Assembly: GCA_002633005.1 (NCBI GenBank)
Contig: NMRA01000267.1
Span: 1-64,000 of the forward strand
Direction: 5' to 3'
Source: Phoronis australis
Taxonomy: Eukaryota; Animalia; Phoronida
DNA: 64,000 nt
A program made the position numbers and the translations under genes. Numbering within the stretch: position 1 is the first letter of the stretch; each line of letters starts with the position of its first letter. Under the pieces are notes generated by a model that ran no database searches, was not told the origin of the DNA, and saw nothing but the letters and a program-made list of their open reading frames with translations. Below are positions 38,337-50,008 of this stretch, piece after piece.

Positions 38337-40007
38337 TTTTTTGATTTAGACTATTCACTGTTACATAATCAGTCTTGTTTCTTAATAAACTGTGATTTCC
38401 AAGCTTGAGAAGAAGCAGAGGTTTTTGTTTCAGACCAAGCATACCAAGTTACTGTCCAGTGGTTTAGTGGCCACCAGAGATATACAAGACATTTCATTGC
38501 AACCAATTTCAATTTGCCTGCCCTATCCATTGTTACAAAGATGACCTCTTCTAGCAAGAGACATTCCTATCATTAAAACAGCAAATCCCCAGGACAATGG
38601 GCATGCTAGGTTCACAATACATGTCACTGCCTGTGCACTCTAGTGACTAAACAGCAACAAGTTAACTACATTTTGCACAGGCCTTTGTGCACCATATCAA
38701 GATAATAATGGACACACTAGAGTTGGCTTGTGCAGTAAATGTCCCCCTGGTAGATATCCATGCATTTGGGTCACACGAGACCCCACCATGAACCCTCCGT
38801 ACTGGTTGTCTCAGTTCTGCGGGTCTTTTCAGGTGATAAAAATTTTTCATGAACACCACCTAGTGAATACTGCGTCATGTTACAATGTTGAACAATGCAC
38901 ATGATGAGCTGTTGACGTCATGTAACAAGCAGACAGCAGATTAAGTTTCATAAAAATCTGAGATACAACACAGCTATCTTCAAAAACANATGCCTAGTTG
39001 ACCCAGACTGACCCAGCCAGCACTGTTCTACTGTAGACTGGACAGTCATGTGGCGCCATCTATTGTTCTTTATTGTAGTTCATTGTATGCTCTCTATTTG
39101 ATTTCGTCGCTAGTCACATGAATGTTATCGTGTTTGCCAACCTACCATTTTAGGTAGAGTTTTGATCGGGCTTTCATTCTTTATTGTAGTTGATTGTCTG
39201 CTCTCTATTTGATTTCTTCGCTAGGCACATGAATGTTATCGTGTTATCGTCTTATTCATAATTGCCGCCGTGATCGTCTTGATTGTCGTCGTCTCCCTCT
39301 TCGTCGTCTTTTCGATTAGTTCCGCCAAGTGTCGCTCCTCCGAGCGCTCTCGTTTTTTTGATTTAGACTATTCACTGTTACATAATCAGTCTTGTTTCTT
39401 AATAAACTGTGATTTCCAAGCTTGAGAAGAAGCAGAGGTTATTGTTTCAGACCAAGCATACTAAGTTACTGTCCAGTGGTTTAGTGGCCACCAGAGATAT
39501 ATAAGACATTTCATTGCAACCAATTTCAATTTGCCTGCCCTATCCATTGTTACAAAGATGACCTCTTCTAGCAAGATACATTCCTATAATTAAAACAGCA
39601 AATCCCCAGGACAATGGGCATGCTAGGTTCACAATACATGTCACTGCCTGTGCACTCTAGTGACTAAACAGCAACAAGTTAACTACATTTTGCACAGGCC
39701 TTTGTGCACCATATCAAGATAATAATGGACACACAAGAGTTGGCTTGTGCAGTAAATGTCCCCCTGGTAGATATCCATGCATTTGGGTCACACGAGACCC
39801 CACCATGAACCCTCCGTACTGGTTGTCTCAGTTCTGCGGGTCTTTTCAGGTGATAAAAATTTTTCATGAACACCACCTAGTGAATACTGCGTCATGTTAC
39901 AATGTTGAACAATGCACATGATGAGCTGTTGACGTCATGTAACAAGCAGACAGCAGATTAAGTTTCATAAAAATCTGAGATACAACACAGCTATCTTCAA
40001 AAACACA
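38337..40007. repeat. Segment pair 38337-38988 / 39355-40007 around N 38989
   Basis: About 650 bp near-identical copies; first copy ends at the N. Confidence 0.85.
38990..39359 (+). mobile_element. End of a second HINE-like family, present in one haplotype only
   Basis: Ends in GTCGCTCCTCCGAGCGCTCTCGTTTTTTT (stem-loop plus T-run), inserted into the T-run of ...TAATTTTTTGATTTAG seen empty at 38332-38349; internal ~70-bp repeat at 39066 and 39177; truncated by N 38989. Confidence 0.5.
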
Positions 40008-40722
40008 TTTAACATTAGCTGGATTGAATTTTCAGTCATCCCTTCCTTAATTAATTGTTCCGATACCCTGTATTTTGAAACCAAGGCCCAGGGTCTGACC
40101 TCTTAATTAATCATTGTTTTTGCAGTGAAATTTAACAAACTAGAATTTCATTTGATGGCCATATTATGTAATGAAAAGGTGAAAAAGTACAGTATGTTCG
40201 CATGAAGATTAATCGCACAAAGATTAATTAAATCTGACCTTAAAGATGAAAATCATTTTTTCCCAATAACTACTGATGAGGTAAAGTGATCACCACAGTA
40301 ATCAGGAGATTTTGTTAAAGTTCTTCAGAAAGGTCGCAAATAGAAAGATAATTGAGGCGGTGTTCGATTTTGTGATGTCAGAGGAAGCAATAGCTAACAA
40401 GATCATAAAATGCTTAAAGGACTACAACACGACGCTGTTAGTTCATTGGTCATAAGAATCCATCTCCACTCAGAGTAAAGTTATCAGACAGACAAGGCTG
40501 ATAAGCTGTGTACATACATAAACTGTGTTCATGGCAAGACCACAATCACTAACAGCCTTTTATCCTATAAATATAATTCAGCTTATCTCAAAAATGATCC
40601 AGTGAAATGCAAGGCATCAAAAAATTCAATGCTACACCTACTTAAAGTTGCAGGAACCAAGTTTGGCAAATAAGACAACAAAATTCAAATTAAACTGAAT
40701 TTCCTGTATTTTATACATTGAA

Positions 40723-40874
40723 ACAAAAATGATCTTTGTTCTAAATACAAAAATGATCTTTGTTCTAAATATAAAAATGATCTTTGTTCTAAATACAAAA
40801 ATGATCTTTGTTCTAAATACAAAAATGATCTTTGTTCTAAATACAAAAATGATCTTTGTTCTAAATACAAAAAT
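40723..40874. repeat. 24-bp minisatellite, about 6 copies
   Basis: Unit AAAATGATCTTTGTTCTAAATACA. Confidence 0.95.
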
Positions 40875-42462
40875 CTTCAAAACCACTTATCATCAGGATC
40901 CCTTGAAAAATCTGATCCAAGATTATTCTTAAAGACTACAAGGACATGCGGCTTTAAGGAATTATTTCCGGATCAAAGACCAGGGTTTCTTTCAATGTAT
41001 TAAAAACAAAAATTGGATCAACTTGAATTTCAACCGTTTCATTCGCCAAACACAGGACCATCAGTTTATGAAATGCATACTAGACTAGAAGGAGAGCATG
41101 GACAAACAAATGTATTGTAAACCCATGTAGCAGAAATGAGGTAAAGTCAAAGGCACTTACTAATAATCAAAAATAAACCAAGTTTGTAGTAACAAATCAA
41201 GGGGCAGAAGAAATCAATAAACTCCATTATACATGTTGTAATCATGCAAAGTTAAGACTGCTAACTGTGGAAGAGCATAGTTTACAGTGGCATACGTGAT
41301 TGTTTGCAAATTAATTACAGGTTATCTTTAAAAGTTTATTTACTTATCTCAATATTTTTGCTTTGTAATAAAGTAGACTGAGAGACCCTTCACGACCTAC
41401 TACAAGATATTAATCTCAGACAAGAAAATACAAGGTAAATAGTGAATTAAAACTTGTGCTTGAAAGTTCAAAGAAATGCTTGCATACAACAAATCTCAAA
41501 AGTCACGAATCGTGAAGAATTCTCAGTTTTCAGTACACTTAGGGAATTTCCCAAATCAAGGAAATTTTTACAGCACTGACGCTAATTGTCGCCAAGCCTA
41601 ACTGGTAAACATAACTACGATAGTACCAACGTCATACCAATTGAGCCACTAGAGAGATAACAACACCAGGCAGGGATGATAATGAAGCAATCACCAGCAT
41701 CCACCTGACACCCCACATCAGTATGTCATCAACACACCATGAGGAAACGAAACTACCTGACAAGGACTATATTAGACCAACCTGATGATGGTCAGAGAAC
41801 AAACTGCTAATTACACAACTTTATACCTCCGACATGGCTCCCACACATTGTTGTTGTATCATAAGACCTTTTTGGTTTTACTTGGTGAAACCATTTCGCC
41901 GAGTGCATTACTCTATCAATAAAAAATTGACTGTTTTCTTTATTTTTTTGATTCTTTTTTCGCATGATACATGCAGCATTGCTTGCGCAATCACACATAA
42001 CATGTGTCTCATCTATTGTTTTTGGTTCAAATCCAATGCAAGTGGGGTAGACAATTTTTGATTCTTTGCTTTGCGGATTAATAATTCTGCTTTGCTTTGA
42101 GGGGTCTTTCAAAACTCTGTTATGTGTATAGATCTCTTCATGAGATAAATGAGGCTCATTTTTTTGCTACAGCTTACCGTTTTAGAGATTTTCTGATGGC
42201 TTCTCTTATGCCAAGTGAATCTTTACTGCAATTTTGTTGTTTTATAATATGTTCCTTAGTCATTGTTGTCATCATTCATCATCACCGTGGTCGTCAGTTT
42301 CAACCAATTTCACCACAGGTTGCTCCCTAGAGTACTTTCATAGGTACACAGTGTTTTTCATCTGCCACGACCTTTCCAGGATACAGTTTTCATCGCCCAA
42401 GAGTAAACATACCCACAACAAAGTAGACGTAATTTTTGCAGTTATTAAACTTCTAAAGCCAA

Positions 42463-42699
42463 GGTGCCTGTTCCAAGAAGCTGGCTTAAGTTCATTTCAT
42501 TCTCAGATTTGTCTCCACTTTCAAACTTTGAAACTTATACATCCGGCAAGTTAGTTGACAAAACTTAAAACAAAAACTTAAATCAAATTTAAGATCTCTT
42601 TCTTGATGAAATGGACTTTAGACAAATTAAACTTTTGTCTTAAAATTGACTGATATTTAAGATTTGTCTTAGTTAAGACAATTTTCTTGGAACAGGTCC
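42463..42699. mobile_element. MITE of the 6730-6988 family
   Basis: TIRs CCTGTTCCAAGAA / TTCTTGGAACAGG; interior is the reverse complement of the 6730 and 13855 copies. Confidence 0.6.
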
Positions 42700-42706
42700 A
42701 AGGTCT

Positions 42707-42880
42707 GTGCGAGTTGAAAGTGTAGTTCTAACCTTGAAGAGGAATATCACTGCATGTTCAGTTTTGGGCCTGATGAGATACGGTAGATTTCACGTGAGAG
42801 TTGAAAGTGTAGTTCTAACCTTGAAGAGGAATATCACTGCATGTTCAGTTTTGGGCCTGATGAGATGGATTTCATGTGAA
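42707..42880. repeat. Two-copy tandem repeat, about 87 bp
   Basis: GAGTTGAAAGTGTAGTTCTAACCTTGAAGAGGAATATCACTGCATGTTCAGTTTTGGGCCTGATGAGAT twice. Confidence 0.85.
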
Positions 42881-43493
42881 TTAAGAATGTAATCAAGCTG
42901 ACAACCAGCCCCAAAATCAAGCCATCGAGGGCCCTGATTCACATCTCGCTAATACTATTAAGCAGTACCAGAGTTCTCATTTCACAAAGCTAACCCACAT
43001 AAAAATAGATCTGAACAAAGATAGAAAGCTTTTTGACATAGCTTACAGGCAGTATCTCGTGCGCTACTGAGTGTCACTTGACAGTGCCTTCAGAGTTGAG
43101 TCATGATATGCGATACAGTAATAACTTGTGATATTATGCACTGCCTGCAGTGAGTATTGGTGGTCAAAAACAAAGGCGATTTCAACTGTGTATTTATCCT
43201 TTCATAACTCGAGTTTAATTTTGTGTTTCAACTGTTTTGCACTTTTTTGTGTTTCATGATTGCTCTAACTGAAAGGTGGCAGTAATAATAATACAACTGA
43301 TGATTAAAGAACATCAATAATAATAATAACAACAACAATAATAACAATAATAAAGAAATAGACTTTTACAACATACTTTCATGATTTATAAGGTAATTCA
43401 TTTTTTTTCAAATTACCACCAAACAGCTTTGTAAGCTACAATTACCAAAGCAAATGGGTCTAATCAAATTTGAACAGAAGCACGAACTTTAAA

Positions 43494-44696
43494 ACAAGAG
43501 CAACGCGGAGCGTTGAAATGCGCCCACAATTGCACCGCATACGGTATCCTTCTAGGGTTGTTTATTGGTACCATAAAGTGGCCAGTAGAGGGCATACTTT
43601 GCAAAATGGAAAGGCATGGTCATTGTCTCCTCAGTAGGCTAGGGGCAAAATGTGAGTAATCTTCATAATACAAGCACATCCTATACACCAGTTGCTTAAA
43701 GCACCACAGAAACATAGAATTAAAAACAAATTTACCAACATACGAGATTAGCACAGCATTAGAATGCCAGAAACAAATTTCTACTTGGAACTTTTCCTTC
43801 ACAGTCACGAAGTAACACAAAGTATACACCTGAAGACCTATGAAAATACAGAGGTCAATGTAAAATACTAAAATTGCCACTAGAGGCAAATACTAAAATT
43901 GCCACTAGAGGCATACCGGTAATCAGAATCATCCTAAAGTCGTCATCGTCCGTTGTCAACATCACATAAATACACTTGCTAAATTTAGTAAAGATCCTGC
44001 AAACGGTTTGGGAGATACAGCCATGGGCGCAAAAAAACAAAACTGCCACTAGGAGGCGCCACAGTAGTCCAAATCGTCTGAAAATCATTGTCAGCTGTCT
44101 TCCTTATAGTAAGCACATACACGCCAATTTTCACAATCATCCTTTGAGCGGTTTGGTTGATAGAGGGGTGGACGCAAAAATACAGACTCGAAAACAGTAA
44201 AAATGGCCACTAGGTGGCGCAAACTACGTCGAATCCATCTGAAAACAGTAGGATAGCGTCATCTCACTAATAGGTGCCTACATACCAAATTTCATGAAAA
44301 TCCGTTCAATACTTTTGAAGATACAAAGGTAAGCGTAAAAAACTAAAATTGCCACTAGGGGGCACACCGGTAGTCGGATCCGACCAAAAGTCGTCATCTT
44401 CCGTTGTTAACATCATATAAATATACTTACACAATTTGTAAAGATCCTGCGAACGGTTTAGGAGATACAGCCATAGGCGCAAAAAAACAAAACTGCCACT
44501 AGGAGGCGCCACAGTAGTCGAAATCGTCGGAAAATCATCGTCAACCATCCTCTACATAGTAAGCATATACATGCCAATTTTCACAATCATCCTTTGAGCG
44601 GTTTGGTTGATAGAGGGGTGGACGCACAAAAACAGACTCGAAAACACTAAAAATGGCCACTAGGTGGCGCAAACTATGTCGAATCCATCTGAAAAC
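43494..44696 (-). mobile_element. Same HINE family, copy 3, truncated; absent from the alternative haplotype
   Basis: Near-identical to 9537-10739 with only a few substitutions; empty site CACGAACTTTAAAATTAGCG at about 47721-47740. Confidence 0.85.
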
Positions 44697-44839
44697 CAAT
44701 CCAATGTTTCAGTTTATTTCATTAAACCATTCTCAAGGAAACATTTACAAACACAAAACAAGCCACACAGGTAGAGAAGAGACTGTACAGGTACATGTCA
44801 AAATGCATAGTGTGGGGGAGGGACCAGAAATCAAAACAG

Positions 44840-45376
44840 AAGCGTGTTCAATAGAGTGAGCGCCCGCGAGCGATTTGAGCGCCCTCGTCCTGAACAGCTG
44901 TGTTCACGTTAGCGCTCGCGAGCGCTCGCGAACAACCTCGAGAGCATGTTCTCTTAGATTTCCAAGATGGCGTTCTGCGAAGGCTTCATGTCTGCAACAT
45001 ATGAACCCATTATGGTTCTGCAACACGAAAACTATAACCTCAAAAGTTGACCGACTCATCCGAAACTGCGACTTAAATTGCGGGTCGCTGTAGCGAGGAA
45101 CAGTTTCCTCGACGTAATTTTCGATTCTAGTCGGGCCAAAGCCTTCACAGTTGTTGTCTTGGGCTGCCGATATTTTTGGCAAAGATTAATCATATTTATC
45201 GCTCAGTACGCCATAGGAAGGACTGTTAGTGTTAAGCTCATGGGCTAAGACGTTCAACACAATCTGCTTCAGAGTCGCATTACTGGATCGCACAGTGAGC
45301 GCTCACAGCTGTTCAGGAGCTGTTCCTTGTGTTCATGAGTACACGCTAGTGGGCGCTCACTCTGTTGAACACGCTT
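44840..45376 (-). mobile_element. PIF/Harbinger non-autonomous deletion derivative (537 bp) with transposase remnant
   Basis: 26-bp TIRs AAGCGTGTTCAA(T/C)AGAGTGAGCGCCC with 1 mismatch; 3-bp TSD CAG confirmed by empty allele AAAACAGTTGGAG (about 47915-47927); ORF 44904-45182 has FKSQFRMSRSTFEVIV, the N-terminal motif typical of Harbinger/HARBI1 DDE transposases. Confidence 0.88.
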
Positions 45377-45419
45377 CAGTTGGAGCTCAAATGAACCAAT
45401 GTTTCTATTGAGGTAACGC

Positions 45420-45790
45420 TCAGCATGTGAGGAGCCTCAGGGTGGCATTATCCTTGTCTAGGATCTGAACACCAGAGCAATCTATAGTGTGACCAGTTGT
45501 GTGTTCTTTTACTCTTATGCTGAGAATCCTGTTCATCATTCCAATGTAAAACTGTTCACAGTCACTGCAGTTGAGTTTGTACAAAACATGACTTCTTTGA
45601 GAATTACTCAACGGTGTTTTAGGTCTCCACAACGATAAAGGTTTGAAGATAATAACGAGTTGCAAACATGGAACAATAGCTCCAAGCATTCTCTTGATCT
45701 GCCTCTGGACTACACAACTACTGTTACCTAAATAGGGGAGATTGAGAAACACTTTCTTCAATTCAAACTTTGTTGAATTTTGACAGATTA
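45420..45790 (-). mobile_element. Penelope-like retroelement remnant (GIY-YIG endonuclease region)
   Basis: LPYLGNSS...SHVLYKLNCSDCEQFYIGMMNRILSIRVKEH...HTIDCSGVQILD: decayed GIY-YIG with CxxC as in Penelope-like elements. Confidence 0.75.
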
Positions 45791-47959
45791 TATTCTTAAC
45801 TTTGGCATTAAAAAATAAAATGTAAGAATTATGGTATCTATTACTGAAATATATAAATTCGGTTCAAAATCTCTAATTCCGTGAAAGAAGGCAAATTCTG
45901 TGAATTCCCGTCTGCTCTCCATTTACACTAGTGTCTGAACACTAGTTATCACAATGGAATGACACAAATCATGTCTTATCAGTTAATAGGCTCAGTGGCC
46001 TTCCTATGTTTGACAGGGTGTAGCTCAGCTATTCTGAGTTATCTCACTTGAAAATGAACCAGTGTTATCAACATTGAAGAAAAATGATTTAAAAATCTAA
46101 TATCAAAATATCTGGGGCTAACGGTTCCAGCAAACTGACTTACCAGTAAGACTTAAGCATTTCGCTCCACACAACTATTAATGAAATATAATTAAATCTC
46201 ACTTGTGCAAAATTTCTAAGTCTCAAATTATACACATCACTAATAGTTATTGAGATAGTTTCTATAAATTAGTACTAGACTATGCTATGCTGATAATAAC
46301 TTGGTTAAACTTCTTTCCAGCAAATGTGAAATGGGAGCGCAAGATCAAATTTGTCTCAAGTCTTAAGTTGCTTTTCATGAAAGACCCCAGGGACGAGTTC
46401 AGTAACTTTAGTACCTCGTTAAAAACATCTCCCGAGAATACATGAGGTATTGCCGTGTACTTTCAGTTGGCGCCCGTGATTTTGGCTCTAAAGATTTTTC
46501 TAACCACGAGACAGCTATTGACATCCATCCTGGTGTTCATGCAGGTCACAAATCTGACAATGAACACTTTCAAAAACACTTTAGCTTCATTCAATTAAGA
46601 TGCAAGCCACAGTTTGACCAGAGAAGTACTCCTTATGGTTTTTTCATTCAATATTTCAAGATACATTATTACTGTTCTTAAGTAAAAGTCACGTTTTGCT
46701 TCTTGCAAATGCTTCATTAAATGTAGTTATGGTTTAAAAATGCAACAAAATATCAACCCTTAGTTTTGTCATGTAAGGAAGCGGACATTCGCCACTCGTA
46801 CAACCAGGTGCACTCAACACAGAAATGATCAGGACGTAGGGAGTAGAATAAACTAAGACACAACTCGTGACAAGGGACAATGAAATGGTAATTTTAACAA
46901 TTTTTTATCATATCTCCGCCACAAGAAGCACTATCTAAAGTCGTCATATTTCCACGACAGTACTTCTAAAAAACGTAGATAAAACACATGGAGGCCCAGA
47001 AGAGTTATCNACGGTAGATTTCACGTGAGAGTTGAAAGTGTAGTTCTAACCTTGAAGAGGAATATCACTGCATGTTCAGTTTTGGGCCTGATGAGATGGA
47101 TTTCATGTGAATTAAGAATGTAATCAAGCTGACAACCAGCCCCAAAATCAAGCCATCGAGGCCCCTGATTCACATCTCGCTAATACTGTTCAGCAGTACC
47201 AGAGTTCTCATTTCACAAAGCTAACCCACATAAAAATAGATCTGAACAAAGATAGAAAGCTTTTTGACATAGCTTACAGGCAGTATCTCATGCACAACTG
47301 AGTGTCACTTGACAGTGCCTTCAGAGTTGAGTCATGATATGCGAAACAGTAATAACTTGTGATATTATGCACTGCCTGCAGTGAATATTGGTGGTCAAAA
47401 ACAAAGGCGATTTCAACTGTGTATTTATCCTTTCATAACTCGAGTTTAATTTTGTGTTTCAACTGTTTTGCACTTTTTTGTGTTTCATGATTGCTCTAAC
47501 TGAAAGGTGGCAGTAATAATAATACAACTGATTAAAGAACATCAATAATAATAATAATAACACCAATAATAACAATAATAAAGAAATAGACTTTTACAAG
47601 ATACTTTCATGATTTATAAGGTAATTCATTTTTTTTTCAAATAACCACCAAACAGCTTTGTAAGCTACAATTGCCAAAGCGAATGGGTCTAATCAAATTT
47701 GATTTAAGTCAGAACAGAAGCACGAACTTTAAAATTAGCGCATAAATAAATAGCATAAATAAATAACGACATATCTAACCAATCCAACGTTTCAGTTTAT
47801 TTCATTAAACCATTCTCAAGGAAACAGTTACATACACAAAACAAGCCACGAGGTAGAGAAGAGACTGTACAGGTACATGTCAAAATGCATAGTGAGGGGG
47901 AGAGACCAGAAATCAAAACAGTTGGAGCTCAAATGAACCAATGTTTCTACTGAGGTAAC

Positions 47960-48370
47960 GCACAGCATGTGAGGAGCCTCAGGGTGGCATTATCCTTGTC
48001 TAGGATCTGAACCCCAGAGCAATCTATAGTGTGACCAGTTATCAAGGAATGCACTGTGTGTGTCATAATAGTGTTCTTTTACTCTTATGCTAAGAATCCT
48101 GTTTGTCATTCCAATGTAAAACTTTCACAGTCACTGCAGTTGAGTTTGTACACAACATGACCTCTTTGAGAATTACTCAACGGTGTTTTAAGTCTCGACA
48201 ACGATAAAAGTCTGTTTACAGGTTTGAATATAATAACGAGTTGCAAACATGGAACAATAGCTCCAAGCATTCTCTTGATCTGCATCTGGACTACACAACT
48301 ACTGTTACCTAAATGGGGAGATTGAGAAATACTTTCTTCAATTCAAACTTTGTTGAATTTTGACAGATTA
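47960..48370 (-). mobile_element. Penelope-like remnant, alternative haplotype copy (less deleted)
   Basis: Aligns to 45420-45790; retains YIGMTNR and an extra segment (about 48040-48070) lost in the other copy. Confidence 0.7.
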
Positions 48371-50008
48371 TATTCTTAACTTTGGCAATAAAAAATGTAA
48401 GAATTATGGTATCTATTACTGAAATATATAAATTCGGTTCAAAATCTCTAATTCCATGAAAGAAGGCAAATTCTGTGAATTCCGTCTGCTCTCCATTTAC
48501 ACTAGTGTCTGAACACTAGTTATCACAATGGAATGACACAAATCATGTCTTATCAGTTAGTAGGCTCAGTGGCCTTCCTATGTTTGACAGGGTGTAGCTC
48601 AGCTATTCTGAGTTATCTCACTTGAAAATGAACCAGTGTTATCAACATTGGAGAAAAATGATTTAAAAATCTAACATCAAAATATCTGGGGCTAACGGTT
48701 CCAGCAAATTGACTTACCAGTAAGACTTATGCCTTTCGCTCCACACAACTATTTATGAAATATAATTAAATCTCACTTGAGCAAAATTTCTAAGTCTCAA
48801 ATTATACACATCACTAATAGTTATTGAGATAGTTTCTATAAATTAGTACTAGACTATGCTATGTTGATAATAACTTAGTTAAACTTCTTTCCAGCAATTG
48901 TGAAATGGGAGCGCAAGATCAAATTTATGTCTCAAGTCTTAAGTTGCTTTTCATGAAACGGACCCCAGGGACGAGTTCAGTAACTTTAGTACCTCGTTAA
49001 AAAACATCTCCCGAGAATACATGAGGTATTGCCGTGTACTTTCAGTTGGCGCCCGTGATTTTGGCTCTAAAGATTTTTCTAACCACGAGACAGCTATTGA
49101 CATCCATCCTGGTGTTCATGCAGGTCAAAAACCTGACAATGAACACTTTCAAAAACACTAGCTTTATTCAATTAAGATGCAAGCCACAGTTTGACCAGAG
49201 AAGTACTCCTTATGGTTTTTTAATTCAATATTTCAAGATACATTATTACTGTTCTTAAGTAAAAGTCACGTTTTGCTTCTTGCAAATGCTTCATTAAATG
49301 TAGTTATGGTTTAAAAATGCAACAAAATATCAATCCTTAGTTTTGTCATGTAAGGAAGCAGACATTCGCCACTCGTACAACCAGGTGCACTCAACACAGA
49401 AATGATGAGGACGTAGGGAGTAGAATAAACTAAGACACAACTCGTGACAAGGGACAATGAAATGGTAATTTTAACAATTTTTTATCATATCTCAGCCACA
49501 AGAAGCACTATCTAAAGTCGTCATATTTCCACGACAGTACTTCTAAAAAACGTAGATAAAACACATGGAGGCCCAGAAGAGTTATCAATTCTACATCGCC
49601 GGTCACAAATTATGTTCCAGTTGATTCAAGCTTCTCAAAAACTCTTTGGTAATAACAGTGAGCTAGCATGTTTTTTTTTTGTTAATCTTCAGCTGTTCAG
49701 TCTACAGGTTCATACGTAACTTCACCGAGACTAAAATCAAAGGTTATTGTTCAATTTCGTAATTTGTCTTGATTACAGTTACGAGCACCCATTCCCAGTG
49801 AATGCAGATCAAAAGACCTGTTTTATCAAAGGTTGCAAGTTTGATCTTATCTAAGACGTTCGGAAGGCATTATAGCGAAAGCAACGCTGCAAAAGAGCCC
49901 CACATTTCCTCTAACATTGAAAGCCCACCTACATAAACCTTATTAAAATTATTTGCAATTAAAAATTGGAAGATACCATCCTCTTGGCTATGATCTGGAA
50001 TACAACCA

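Larger units (their letters stand above)
42780..49586. repeat. Segment pair 42780-47009 / 47011-49586 around N 47010
   Basis: Near-identical apart from the HINE and Harbinger insertions and small indels. Confidence 0.88.

Noticed and set aside
38662-39876. Duplicated 65-aa ORF MVFMKNFY...
   Set aside because: Duplication reflects the haplotype overlap at N 38989; no recognisable domain or splice context.
40638-40932. ORFs with MIFVLNTK / RSFLYLEQ repeats
   Set aside because: Translations of a 24-bp minisatellite, open on both strands; no splice or homology support.
41637-41718. Hydrophobic minus-strand frame MWGVRWMLVIASLSS... ending at GTATGA
   Set aside because: Phase 0 does not join the phase-1 exon at 35677 and there is no family similarity.
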